DNA of 64,000 nucleotides from Burkholderiales bacterium. GTDB lineage: Bacteria > Pseudomonadota > Gammaproteobacteria > Burkholderiales > SG8-39. The stretch is taken from the NCBI GenBank assembly GCA_035554435.1, contig DATMJC010000044.1:30624-94623 (forward strand), in the 5' to 3' direction. The position numbers were made by a program, and so were the translations under genes. The notes below the pieces were generated by a model. That model saw only the letters and a program-made list of their open reading frames with translations, was not told the DNA's origin and made no database searches. Shown here piece after piece: positions 17,037 through 26,207 of this stretch. Numbering within the stretch: position 1 is the stretch's first letter; each line of letters begins with the position of its first letter.

Positions 17037-17807
17037 GTGCGCCACGCCTCGTGGCAGGAATTGCTTGCCTCGCCGGCGCCCGCGTCGCACGTCGTCCAGA
17101 TCGTCGACAACGACGACTTCCTCGCCTCCGGCGTCGCGCTCTTCGCCGCCGAAGGCTTGCAGCGCGGCGAGGCGGTCATCCTGACGGGAACCGAGGCGCA
17201 CTTGCGCGCCCTGCGGCGCGAGCTCCTCGCGAAGAATGTCGACTACGACGCCGCAGTTCGCCGCGGGCAGCTTTCCGTGAACGAAGTGCAGCGGTGCCTC
17301 GAAGGCATCCTCTACCACGGCATGCCGGACGCCGCCGCTTACGACGCGATGGTCGGCGCAGCGCTCGCGAAGGCCCGCGCCGCCTATTCCGCGGTGCGCT
17401 GGTGGGGCGAATCGGGCAGCTTCCTGCATCTGCACGGCAACGCGAAGGCTGCCGTCGCGCTCGAGGAGCTCCGCGGCGCCGCGGCACGCAAGCACGGTGT
17501 AGGCATCCTCTGCTCCTTTCTCTGCGACCGCTTCGATCCCCGCAGCTACGACGGCATTCTGAGGGACGTGTGCTCGGTCCACACGCACGTGATCCCGGCC
17601 GACGACTACGTGCGCTATCGCCTCGCGGTCAACCGGGCGATCGCCGAAATCCTCGGCGAGATCAAGGGGCCGCTGCTGCAGTCGCTGCTGTCGTGGAAGG
17701 GCCTGGCGTGCGACCTGCCCTCTTCGCAGGCGCTGCTGTTCTGGATTCGCGAGACGCTGCCGGACCAGTTCCACAGCGTGCTGGCGCGGGTGAAGGCCTA
17801 TGCATGA
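17037..17807 (+). CDS. MEDS-domain protein with extra C-terminal helical region
   Basis: SHVVQIVDNDDFLASGVALFAAEGLQRGEAVIL fits the MEDS N-terminal signature. The start is uncertain: GTG 17037, TTG 17022 or the track start at 16890. Confidence 0.6.
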   Translation: MRHASWQELLASPAPASHVVQIVDNDDFLASGVALFAAEGLQRGEAVILTGTEAHLRALRRELLAKNVDYDAAVRRGQLSVNEVQRCLEGILYHGMPDAAAYDAMVGAALAKARAAYSAVRWWGESGSFLHLHGNAKAAVALEELRGAAARKHGVGILCSFLCDRFDPRSYDGILRDVCSVHTHVIPADDYVRYRLAVNRAIAEILGEIKGPLLQSLLSWKGLACDLPSSQALLFWIRETLPDQFHSVLARVKAYA

Positions 17808-18405
17808 CGCCACGCCTTCCAACCTGACCGATTGCGGGCTGCCTGGAATCCGGAGCATTCCCTACGGCGTCCACATGTGCCACTTCTACAGCGGACGCGA
17901 CGAGCTCGCGGCGGTGCTGGTGCCCTACTTCGCAGCCGGGCTGCGCAACCGCGAGCGCTGCATCTGGATCGCGGCCGAGCCGCTCGATGCCGCCGCCGCC
18001 ACGCTCGCGCTCGCTCAAGCCGGCGTCGACGTGGACGCGGCGCTCGCCGGCGGAGCGCTCATCCTGCGCGACTTTTCCGATTGGTACGGCGAGGGCGAAA
18101 GCCTCCGCGGGGCCGCGGTGGTCGACTTCTGGCTCGCCGAGGAGACGCGCGCGCTCGCCGACGGCTACGCGGGCATCCGCATCAGCGGCAACATCAGCTT
18201 CCTGACGCCCGCGACCTGGTCGGTCTTCATGGAGTACGAGGACACGGTGCAGAAGGCCTTCTCGGGCCGGCGCATCGTCACGCTCTGCACCTATCCGAGC
18301 GAGCGATGCGGCGCCGCCAACGTCCTCGACGTAGTGCATCGGCATAGCTGCACGATCGAGCATCCGGACCAAGGCTGGCAGATCCTGACCCGGCTCGGCG
18401 CCTAG
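17800..18405 (+). CDS. MEDS-domain protein
   Basis: HMCHFYSGRDELAAVLVPYFAAGLRNRERCIWI and ...RIVTLCTYP. There is an 8-nt overlap with the previous gene. Confidence 0.7.
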   Translation: MHDATPSNLTDCGLPGIRSIPYGVHMCHFYSGRDELAAVLVPYFAAGLRNRERCIWIAAEPLDAAAATLALAQAGVDVDAALAGGALILRDFSDWYGEGESLRGAAVVDFWLAEETRALADGYAGIRISGNISFLTPATWSVFMEYEDTVQKAFSGRRIVTLCTYPSERCGAANVLDVVHRHSCTIEHPDQGWQILTRLGA

Positions 18406-18414
18406 CGCTCGCAC

Positions 18415-19374
18415 CTACTCCGGCTTGAGACCCTTTTCTCGAATGATCCGGCCGTAGCGGCCGCGATCCTTGTCGATCAGCGCCTGCAGCTCCTTGGGCG
18501 TGCTCGCCTGGGGTACGGCGCCCTGCGCGATCAGCTTCTCGCGCACGTCGGGCGCCGACACCGCTTCCTTCACGTCGGCCGCCACTTTGTCGATGATCGC
18601 CGCGGGGGTCGCGGCCGGCGCGAGGAGCGCGATCCACGAGCCCGACTCGGCGTCCTTCACGCCCGCTTCGGCGAGCGTCGGCACGTCGGGAAGCGCGGGC
18701 GAGCGCTTCGCGTGCGTCACCGCGAGTCCCTTGAGCTTCCCGGCCTTGATGTGCCCGGACCCTTCGAGCACCGAGGCGAAAAGGAGGTCCACGTGTCCCG
18801 CCATCAGGTCGGTCATCGCCGGGCCTCCGCCCTTGTAGGGCACATGCGTGAGCCGGGTGCCGGTGGCAAGCTGGAAGATCTCGGCGGTGAGGTGCGGCGA
18901 GCCGCCCTGCCCCGAGCTCGCGAAGGTCACCTTATCGGGATTGGCTTTGGCGAACGCCACCAGCTCCTTTACCGAGTTCGGCTTGAACGACGGGCTCGCC
19001 ATCAGCACGAACGGCAGCTCGCAGAGGAGCGAGATGGGCGCGAACGCCTTGTCCGGGTCGTATGGCAGCTTCGGATAGAGCGTCGGATTGATCGAGGTGA
19101 TGCCGACGTTCACGATGAGCAGCGTGTAGCCGTCGGGCCGCGCCTTGGCCGCCGCGTCCGCGCCCAGGATGCCGGCCGCGCCCGCGCGGTTCTCCGCAAT
19201 CACCGACTGGCCCCACTTCTGGGTCAGCTTCGCCGCGACCGTGCGCGCCGAAATGTCGGTGCCGCCGCCCGGCGGGAACGGCACGATAAAGGTCACGGGT
19301 TTCGTCGGATAGGTTTGTGCAACAACGATCGTCGTCGCGGCGAACAGGACCGCCGCGATGACTATCTTGATCAT
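18415..19374 (-). CDS. tctC: Bug/TctC-family substrate-binding protein (second copy, distal gene of tct operon)
   Basis: Internal ATG (MIKIVIAAVLFAATTIVVAQTYPTKPVTFIVPFPPGGGTD...) of track ORF 18415-20118. ATGA overlap with the tctA stop. Confidence 0.9.
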   Translation of the reverse strand: MIKIVIAAVLFAATTIVVAQTYPTKPVTFIVPFPPGGGTDISARTVAAKLTQKWGQSVIAENRAGAAGILGADAAAKARPDGYTLLIVNVGITSINPTLYPKLPYDPDKAFAPISLLCELPFVLMASPSFKPNSVKELVAFAKANPDKVTFASSGQGGSPHLTAEIFQLATGTRLTHVPYKGGGPAMTDLMAGHVDLLFASVLEGSGHIKAGKLKGLAVTHAKRSPALPDVPTLAEAGVKDAESGSWIALLAPAATPAAIIDKVAADVKEAVSAPDVREKLIAQGAVPQASTPKELQALIDKDRGRYGRIIREKGLKPE

Positions 19375-20867
19375 GAACTGCTCCTCGAGAACAGGGTCCG
19401 GCCCCATTTCGCAAGCGGCACCGCGATGGCGGCGAGCGCGAGCACCATGAGCACGGCGGAGATCGGCCGCGTGAAGAAGATGCCGACGCCGGCGTCGGAG
19501 ATGATGAGCGACTGGCGCAGCGCGCGCTCGGCGAGCGGCCCGAGCACAAGCGCGAGCACCAGCGCCGCGGGCGAGTAGCCGAGCTTCTTCATGAAATAGC
19601 CCACGACGCCGAACACCAGCATCTGGCCGACGTCGAACAGGTTGTTCTTGAGCGAGTACGCGCCGGTGACGCAGAAGAGGATGATGAGCGGCATCAGGAT
19701 GCTGTAGGGAATGCGCAGCGCCCGCACGAAGAGCGGGATCAGCGCGGTGCTGGCGATGAGCAGCATGACGTTCGCGATGTACTGCGAGGCGATCAGGCCC
19801 CAGACGAACTGCGGGTTCTTCTCGAAGAGCAGCGGCCCCGGGCGCAGGCCCCACATCATCAGGCCACCGAGCATGATCGCGGTGGTGGCCGAGCCCGGGA
19901 TGCCGAGCGTCAGCATCGGCACCATCGCAGCGGTGGCGGCAGCGTTGTTCGCCGACTCGGGCGCCGCCACGCCCTCGATCGCGCCCTTGCCGAACCGCTC
20001 GGGCGTCCTCGACACCTTCTTCTCCACCGTGTAGGAGAGGAACGAAGCGACCGTCGGACCCGCGCCCGGCAGCACCCCGACCAGGAAGCCGAGCACCGTG
20101 CCGCGCGCAATCGCCCACTTGCTCTGCGCCCAGTCGGCGAGGCTGGGCAGCACCTCGCGCAGGCGCACGCTGATTTTCATTTGCGCGGTCTTCTCTTCGG
20201 CGCCAGCCAGGACTTCACCGAGGCCGAAGAGGCCGATCGCCACCGGCAGGAAGTCGATGCCGTCCATCAGCTCCGGCACGCCGAAGCCGTAGCGCGCGTC
20301 GCCCGAGATGATGTCGAAGCCGACCATCGCCAGCATCAGGCCGAGCACCATGCTGATGTACCCCTTGAGCGGGTCCTCGCCCGCGAGCATGGTCACGGTG
20401 GTGAGGCCGAGGAGCATCAGCGCGAAGGTCTCGGGCGGGCCGAAGGAAAGCGCCCAGCGCGCGAGCGCCGGCGACACCAGCATCAGCAGCACCACGCCGA
20501 CCGTCCCGGCGATGAAGGAGCCGATCGCGGCGATGCCGAGCGCCGGTCCCGCCCTTCCCTGCAGCGCCATCTGGTAGCCGTCGAGGCAGGTAACGACCGA
20601 GGCCGACTCGCCCGGCGTGTTGATCAGGACCGAGGTGATCGTGCCGCCGTACATCGTGCCGGCGTACATCGCGGCGAGCATGATGATGCCCGAGGTCGGC
20701 TCCATGCCGAAGGTGAGCGGCAGCAGCAGCGCCACGCCCGAAGGCGGCCCGACGCCGGGCAGCGCGCCGATCAGCATGCCGACCAGCACGCCGGCCACCG
20801 CCATCATGAGGTTGAACGGCGTGAGTGCGATCGAGAAGCCAAGCCCGAGGTGGGTCAGAAAGTCCAG
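19371..20867 (-). CDS. tctA: Tripartite tricarboxylate transporter permease TctA
   Basis: About 498 aa, polytopic. The family-typical N-terminus is (M)DFLTHLGLGFSIALTPFNLMMAVAGVLVGMLIGALPGVGP. There is no in-frame ATG/GTG/TTG near it. CTG at 20867 lies 6 nt after GGAGGG; the alternative ATG at 20963 gives a 32-aa extension. Confidence 0.8.
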   Translation of the reverse strand: MDFLTHLGLGFSIALTPFNLMMAVAGVLVGMLIGALPGVGPPSGVALLLPLTFGMEPTSGIIMLAAMYAGTMYGGTITSVLINTPGESASVVTCLDGYQMALQGRAGPALGIAAIGSFIAGTVGVVLLMLVSPALARWALSFGPPETFALMLLGLTTVTMLAGEDPLKGYISMVLGLMLAMVGFDIISGDARYGFGVPELMDGIDFLPVAIGLFGLGEVLAGAEEKTAQMKISVRLREVLPSLADWAQSKWAIARGTVLGFLVGVLPGAGPTVASFLSYTVEKKVSRTPERFGKGAIEGVAAPESANNAAATAAMVPMLTLGIPGSATTAIMLGGLMMWGLRPGPLLFEKNPQFVWGLIASQYIANVMLLIASTALIPLFVRALRIPYSILMPLIILFCVTGAYSLKNNLFDVGQMLVFGVVGYFMKKLGYSPAALVLALVLGPLAERALRQSLIISDAGVGIFFTRPISAVLMVLALAAIAVPLAKWGRTLFSRSSS

Positions 20868-21307
20868 AACAATCCCTCCGGCATCGGCACGCGCAGCCAG
20901 TGGACGAACACCAGCCAGTTGAGCCCGGCTGCGGCGAGCGCGATTGCAATCGTGACCCGCCATCGATGCCTGCCGAGGTAGCGCAGCAGCACGATGAGGA
21001 AGAGCGCCGTGCCGACCACCATGCCGAGCACCTTGAGAAGGCCGATGAACGCGGCGGTGACGCCGAGCACCACGAACACGCGTTTTCTGGCTTCCCCCCT
21101 GGGCATCCACTCGGCAATCTGCTCTTTGGAACTTCTAAAGAGCATCAGGGCGCCGAGGCAGGCCATCACCACGCCGAGCCAGAACGGCAAAAACGCCGGC
21201 CCCGGCCCGTCATGGCCCCACCACCTGTAATACCTAAGCGCCCCGACCGCGAACGCGGCGGAGACGATCAGCAACAGGACCGCCGTGATGCGGTCGGTAT
21301 TACGCAC
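20855..21307 (-). CDS. tctB: Tripartite tricarboxylate transporter small subunit TctB
   Basis: 150 aa with four helices, positioned between tctC and tctA. Confidence 0.8.
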   Translation of the reverse strand: MRNTDRITAVLLLIVSAAFAVGALRYYRWWGHDGPGPAFLPFWLGVVMACLGALMLFRSSKEQIAEWMPRGEARKRVFVVLGVTAAFIGLLKVLGMVVGTALFLIVLLRYLGRHRWRVTIAIALAAAGLNWLVFVHWLRVPMPEGLFWTF

Positions 21308-21321
21308 CTACGTCGACATTT

Positions 21322-22284
21322 CTACTTTTGCGCTGCCTTCAGGCCCTGCAACGCCTTCGCGTACTTCTCGCGCAGGCCGTCGAGGTACTTGTTCGCCTGG
21401 TCTCCGGTCCAGTCGGTCGGCGTGAGGAGGTTGCGCTTGATGTAGTCCTCCTGCCACTTCTTCGTCTGCGTGACCTTCTTCAGCGTGTCCTGCCAGTATT
21501 TCACCGCCTCGGGCGCCATGTTCGCCGGCCCGACCACGCCGCGCATCTGCTCCCAATAGAACTCGTAGCCGCGCTCGGCGAAGGTGGGCAGGTCGGGCGC
21601 ATCCGGCAATCTTTTCCTTGCTGCAACCGCCAGATTCCGCGCTTTCTTCGCTTCCACCTGCGCCACGATCTCGTTCGGGTTCATCACGCCGGCGTCGATG
21701 TGGCCGCCCATCAGCGCGGTGGTGACCTCGCCGCCGGAGTTGAACGGCACGTACTTCACCTGGATCTTCGCCGCCTGCTCGAGAAGGTAGGTGAAGATGT
21801 GGTCCTCGGTGAGCGTCGCGGTGCCGCCGACGGTGAGGCCGTTGGGCTTGGCGCGAGCCGCCTTCACGAAATCGTCGATCGTCCTGTACGGCGACTCGGT
21901 GCGCACCGAGAGCATCAGCTCGTCGATCGCCACGATCATGAGGATCGTCATCGCGTCGCGGTGGTCGCCCGGCAGGCGGCCCTCGATCTTGCCGGAGACG
22001 ATCATCGGCGTCGCGCCCGCGATCACGTGCGGATCGCCCTTCTTGTTGATGAGGTAGCTGAAGCCGACGGCGCCCGAGCCGCCGGCGCGGTTGTTCACGT
22101 TGAGCGGTACCGGCGACCACTTGTTCTCGTCGATGATGCCGGTGATCATGCGCATCAGGTTGTCGGTACCGCCGCCCGGCGCGTACGGCACCACCACCTC
22201 CACCGTCCTCTGCGGGTACTTCGCCTGCGCCACGGCGACGGCGGACGCCGCGGCGAGCACTGCGCCGACGATCAGCTTGTGCAT
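21322..22284 (-). CDS. tctC: Bug/TctC-family substrate-binding protein (first gene of tctCBA)
   Basis: Internal ATG (MHKLIVGAVLAAASAVAVAQAKYPQRTVEVVVPYAPGGGTD...) of track ORF 21322-23046. Confidence 0.9.
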   Translation of the reverse strand: MHKLIVGAVLAAASAVAVAQAKYPQRTVEVVVPYAPGGGTDNLMRMITGIIDENKWSPVPLNVNNRAGGSGAVGFSYLINKKGDPHVIAGATPMIVSGKIEGRLPGDHRDAMTILMIVAIDELMLSVRTESPYRTIDDFVKAARAKPNGLTVGGTATLTEDHIFTYLLEQAAKIQVKYVPFNSGGEVTTALMGGHIDAGVMNPNEIVAQVEAKKARNLAVAARKRLPDAPDLPTFAERGYEFYWEQMRGVVGPANMAPEAVKYWQDTLKKVTQTKKWQEDYIKRNLLTPTDWTGDQANKYLDGLREKYAKALQGLKAAQK

Positions 22285-22374
22285 AGAGTCACTCCTCCTG
22301 GAGGCGATGGTAGCATCGCCGGGATTTCCAAACAGTCGGGAACAGGGACAGACCACGATTTTGGGAGATGTTCG

Positions 22375-23151
22375 ATGGAAGAACTCCTCTACGAGGTGCG
22401 CGACGGCGTCGCGTACGTCACCTTCAACCGGCCGCAGGCCCGCAACGCGCTCACCTTCGCGATGTACGAGCGCCTGGCGGAGATCTGCGACCACGCCAAC
22501 ACCGACCGCTCGATCCGGGCGATCCTGATCACCGGCGGCGGCGACAAGGCGTTCGCCGCCGGCACCGACATCTCGCAGTTCCGCACCTTCGACAAGGAGG
22601 AGGATGCGCTCGCCTACGAGGCACGGATCGACCGCGTGATGAACGCGATCGAGGGCTGCCGCGTGCCCACGATCGCCGCGATCAACGGCGCCTGCACCGG
22701 CGGCGGCGCGAGCATCGCCGCGTGCTGCGACCTGCGCGTCGCCTCGCGCAGCATGAAATACGGCTTCCCCGTGGCGCGCACGCTCGGCAATTGCCTTTCG
22801 CTGCCGAGCTACAACCGGCTCGTCTACCTCGTCGGCCCGGCGCTGGTGAAGGACATCGTGTTCCAGGCGCGGCTCATCGAGGCCGACGAGGCGCTGGCCA
22901 AGGGTCTGGTGATGGAACTGAGCGAAAATCAAGAAACGTTGCTGAAGCGCGCCGAGGAGATCGCCCGCCTCGTCGCCAGCCACGCGCCGCTCACCCTGCA
23001 GGCGACCAAGGAGGCCCTGCTGCGCCTGCGACCGAAGGTGGGCCACGGCGAGGGCAACGACCTCGTGCTCATGTGCTACATGAGCCAGGACTTCCGCGAA
23101 GGCATGGAAGCGTTTCTCAACAAGCGCAAGCCCGTTTGGAAGGGAAAATAG
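22375..23151 (+). CDS. Enoyl-CoA hydratase/isomerase (crotonase) family protein
   Basis: VAYVTFNRPQARNAL, ILITGGGDKAFAAGTDI and INGACTGGGASIAACCDLRVA. Confidence 0.85.
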   Translation: MEELLYEVRDGVAYVTFNRPQARNALTFAMYERLAEICDHANTDRSIRAILITGGGDKAFAAGTDISQFRTFDKEEDALAYEARIDRVMNAIEGCRVPTIAAINGACTGGGASIAACCDLRVASRSMKYGFPVARTLGNCLSLPSYNRLVYLVGPALVKDIVFQARLIEADEALAKGLVMELSENQETLLKRAEEIARLVASHAPLTLQATKEALLRLRPKVGHGEGNDLVLMCYMSQDFREGMEAFLNKRKPVWKGK

Positions 23152-23213
23152 AAATTGGGGTCAGACCCCGATTCTTCTTGGTTTTGCCTTAATTGGGGTC
23201 TGACCCCGATTTC
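23152..23213. repeat. Two family-1 palindromes (AAATTGGGGTCAGACCCCGATT at 23152-23173; AATTGGGGTCTGACCCCGATTTC at 23191-23213) filling the whole intergenic gap
   Basis: Read directly. They begin 1 nt after stop 23149-23151 and end 2 nt before ATG 23216. Confidence 0.9.
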
Positions 23214-23215
23214 TG

Positions 23216-24442
23216 ATGAAATCACGCGCGGTAATTATCGGAGGTTCGCTCGGCGGCCTCTTCGCCGGCAACCTGCTCGTTGATCTCGGGTGGGAGGTGG
23301 ACATCTACGAGCGCGTGCCCGATGACCTCGCCTCGCGCGGCGCGGGCATCGGTACGCACCAGGAGCTCCTCTCGGTCCTCGCCGGGCTCGGGATCGAATT
23401 GGAGGAGCGGCTCGGCGCCGAGGTGGGCGACCGGGTCTGCCTCGACCCCGAAGGCAACACGATCCGTCGCGTTGCCTGGGGCCACATCATGAGCGGCTGG
23501 GCGAACGTCTACCGGCCGTTAAAGGACCGCTTTCCCGCCCAGCGGTATCACTTCGACAAGAATTTCAGCGCTTTCGAACATCACGGCGGGAAAATCGTTG
23601 TTCGCTTCTCCAACGGCTCAGAAGCTCACGCCGACCTCGTGATCGGCGCCGACGGCCTGCGATCCGCGGTGCGGACGCAGCTCTTCCCCGGGCTCGAGCC
23701 CGCGTACGCCGGCTATGTCGCGTGGCGCGCGCTGGTCGACGAGCACACGCTGCCGGCGGATCTGCGACGGCGCCTGGGCAACATCTACTGGTTCGGCCTG
23801 CCGCCGGGCGAGATGATCGTCGCGTACCCCGTGCCCTCGCGCGACGGCGCGCCGGGCCACCGCGACTGGAACATCGTCTGGTATCGCCCGATCGTCGGCG
23901 ACGAGGCGCTGCGCGAGATGTGCACCGACGCGCACGGGCGGCATCACGGCCTGTCGATCCCGCCGCCGCTGGTGCGGCCCGAGGTGATCGCCGCGCTCAA
24001 GCGCGACGCGCGCGCGCTCCTCGCGCCGCTCCTTGCCGAGCTCCTCGAGCGCTCGCAGCCCTTCTTCCAGGCGATCTTCGACGTCGAGTCGCCGCGAATC
24101 GCGGTGGGTCGGGTGTGCCTGCTCGGCGACGCCGCGTTCGTCGCCCGTCCGCACGTCGGCATGGGCGTCACGAAGGCCGCGCTCGACGCGCTAAGCCTCT
24201 ATCGCTCAATCCAGATCGATCCTGACAATCTGGATGCTGCGCTGGCGCGCTACGAGCGCCTGCGCGGCGAGTTCGGCCGGCGTTGCGTGGCGCGTGCGCG
24301 TCGCCTCGGTGCCTACATCGAGGCGCGCGCCCGGCCGGGCCGCGGATGGACCGAGGAGCAGACCGATCAGCGGCCCGAACGGGTCATGCGTGAAGTTGCC
24401 GCGTCGCTTTCCGAGATCCCCGAATTGGGCTTGGAGGTCTAG
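23216..24442 (+). CDS. FAD-dependent monooxygenase (aromatic hydroxylase-like)
   Basis: GxGxxG-type N-terminus AVIIGGSLGGLFAGNLL, DLVIGADGLRSAVR and LLGDAAFVARPHVGMG. Confidence 0.85.
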   Translation: MKSRAVIIGGSLGGLFAGNLLVDLGWEVDIYERVPDDLASRGAGIGTHQELLSVLAGLGIELEERLGAEVGDRVCLDPEGNTIRRVAWGHIMSGWANVYRPLKDRFPAQRYHFDKNFSAFEHHGGKIVVRFSNGSEAHADLVIGADGLRSAVRTQLFPGLEPAYAGYVAWRALVDEHTLPADLRRRLGNIYWFGLPPGEMIVAYPVPSRDGAPGHRDWNIVWYRPIVGDEALREMCTDAHGRHHGLSIPPPLVRPEVIAALKRDARALLAPLLAELLERSQPFFQAIFDVESPRIAVGRVCLLGDAAFVARPHVGMGVTKAALDALSLYRSIQIDPDNLDAALARYERLRGEFGRRCVARARRLGAYIEARARPGRGWTEEQTDQRPERVMREVAASLSEIPELGLEV

Positions 24443-24449
24443 GAAAAAA

Positions 24450-25049
24450 CTACATGGGCGGGATCTGACCCTTCAGCCCGACGTTAACGCGCGGGGCGGT
24501 GAACGTGCCGTCGGCCTGGCGCTCGGCGTTGTTGATGAACACTCCCGTTCCGGGCTTCAGGTCGCTGCGGCTGGCGGGCTCGTAGCTCACCACCGAGGTG
24601 CGCGGTGTGACCAGCACCTGCTTCTCGCCGCCTTTGTACTGCACGGTCATCACGCGGCCGTCGCCCATGTTCTTGATCTCGGCGACGTTGGCGTTGGTCA
24701 TCTTGCTCTCCGGCCGCAGGTCCCAGTCGCGGTGGCCTTCGCCGGTTCCGCGCATGGCCTCGGGAAAGATGTGCACTTCCTCGGCAACCAGCGCGCCGTC
24801 TTTCTGGCCCACCGTGGTGGTGCCGATGAACTTGCCCTTGCCGATGTCGGCCATGCTCGCCTTGGCGATGCCGACGAGGACGACGTTGTCGGGGACCTTG
24901 ACCTTCATCACCTCGCCGGTGCGCGCCTTGACGGTGAGCAGGTTACCGTCGACCTGCTCGAGCGTGCCGCGGATTCTGGTGGGTGGTGTCTGAGCAACAA
25001 CAGCCGCGGACATGGCGGCGATGACGATGGCTGCGAGCGGGCGGATCAT
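24450..25049 (-). CDS. Exported hypothetical protein (beta-rich)
   Basis: Internal ATG after GGAGG. Signal peptide MIRPLAAIVIAAMSAAVVAQ. RIRGTLEQVDGNLLTVKARTGEVMKVKV is an OB-like repeat. No confident family assignment. Confidence 0.55.
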   Translation of the reverse strand: MIRPLAAIVIAAMSAAVVAQTPPTRIRGTLEQVDGNLLTVKARTGEVMKVKVPDNVVLVGIAKASMADIGKGKFIGTTTVGQKDGALVAEEVHIFPEAMRGTGEGHRDWDLRPESKMTNANVAEIKNMGDGRVMTVQYKGGEKQVLVTPRTSVVSYEPASRSDLKPGTGVFINNAERQADGTFTAPRVNVGLKGQIPPM

Positions 25050-25132
25050 TTGAAACCTCCAGGGTGGGCTACGTTCGCTAACGTGGGGACGGCCCGAGTA
25101 TTCCAGATCCTGGAAGAACAAGACGCGCAAAA

Positions 25133-25157
25133 AAAATCGGGGGCAGACCCCGATTTT
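25133..25157. repeat. Family-1 palindrome variant AAAATCGGGGGCAGACCCCGATTTT
   Basis: Read directly in the 139-nt gap between two minus-strand genes. Confidence 0.85.
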
Positions 25158-25188
25158 CTGATTCAGATGCTGGGAAAAAGCTGGGGTT

Positions 25189-25776
25189 CTAGCCCCTCGT
25201 GGTCGTCTTCCTGATTTCCTTCTCGTCGGACCACTCGAGCAACCCGTTGCGGATGTTCCAGAGCTGCAGGTTGAACTTGTAGTACACGTCCTTCGTGTCC
25301 CTCACCTGCTTCACGATCGAGGTGATGTTGCCTTCCATGCGGTACTGCGCGCCCACCATCTGTCCTCTTTCCACCGACTGTTCGCGGGCGTAGTAGCCGC
25401 TTTGCTGGCGGTCGATCTCCCCGGTCTGCTGCTTCAAGCCGCTCTGGTCCACGGCGAAGCGGACCTTGCCGCCCTTCTGCAACTCGGAGCGGATGCTATC
25501 GGTGATGGCGCGCGTATCGATGTATTCGCTCGTCCTGTTCCTCACCTCCTGCACCGTGAGGATCGGCAGGTTGCCGCTTATGATCGCCGGCGCGGTCTGC
25601 ATCGAGCGCGCCATCGACTCGGCGATCGTCTGCAGGTCGGTCGAGCCGAACTCGTTGGTGACGGTCTCGACGCCTTTCGCGTCGCCGTAGCGGGTCACCT
25701 GCTCGGCGCAGCCGGCGGCGAGCAGCGCCGCCGCGGCGAGCGGCAGGGCGACCCGGAAGAAGCGGGTCGAGCTCAT
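25189..25776 (-). CDS. LpoB-like (COG3417) outer-membrane lipoprotein
   Basis: Lipobox LLAAGCA. LPILTVQEVRNRTSEYIDTRAITDSIRSELQKGGKVRF matches the LpoB-family core pattern. ATGA overlap with the upstream gene. Confidence 0.7.
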   Translation of the reverse strand: MSSTRFFRVALPLAAAALLAAGCAEQVTRYGDAKGVETVTNEFGSTDLQTIAESMARSMQTAPAIISGNLPILTVQEVRNRTSEYIDTRAITDSIRSELQKGGKVRFAVDQSGLKQQTGEIDRQQSGYYAREQSVERGQMVGAQYRMEGNITSIVKQVRDTKDVYYKFNLQLWNIRNGLLEWSDEKEIRKTTTRG

Positions 25777-26207
25777 TCCATGCTCCTCAGGACGAGGCGG
25801 AAGTCGGCCGCCTTGTTGGTCGGCGCGACCGTGTTCACCATCAGGTTGGAGTTGTCGTAGACCATGAGCGGCTTCCACGCTTCCTCTTCCCACGCGCGCA
25901 TCCCCTCGCGGTCGATCCAGCGGAACTTGTAGGAAACGCGCTTGACGGTCTTGCTGTCGTTGTTGAGGTTGGCGTCGATCCTCAGGAGATCGCCGCTGCG
26001 GCTGCAGCGCATTTCAGTGGGCAGGACAGTCGTGCGCGAGCCCTCCATCACCACCTTGGCCTTGACCAGGTCTTCCATCGAGGCGATCTTCTGCTCGCCG
26101 ATCGGGCAGCCGAACGCTTGCCCAGGAACTTCGAACCCCTTCTTGGTGGCGCAGCCTGCGCCCAGTGCCGTCGCGAGGACCGCGGCGGGGACCCATGCGT
26201 ATTTCAT
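25773..26207 (-). CDS. YcfL-like (DUF1425) lipoprotein
   Basis: Lipobox ALGAGCA. VSYKFRWIDREGM...DFRLVL parallels the E. coli YcfL pattern YRFYWYDARGL. ATGA overlap. Confidence 0.65.
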   Translation of the reverse strand: MKYAWVPAAVLATALGAGCATKKGFEVPGQAFGCPIGEQKIASMEDLVKAKVVMEGSRTTVLPTEMRCSRSGDLLRIDANLNNDSKTVKRVSYKFRWIDREGMRAWEEEAWKPLMVYDNSNLMVNTVAPTNKAADFRLVLRSME

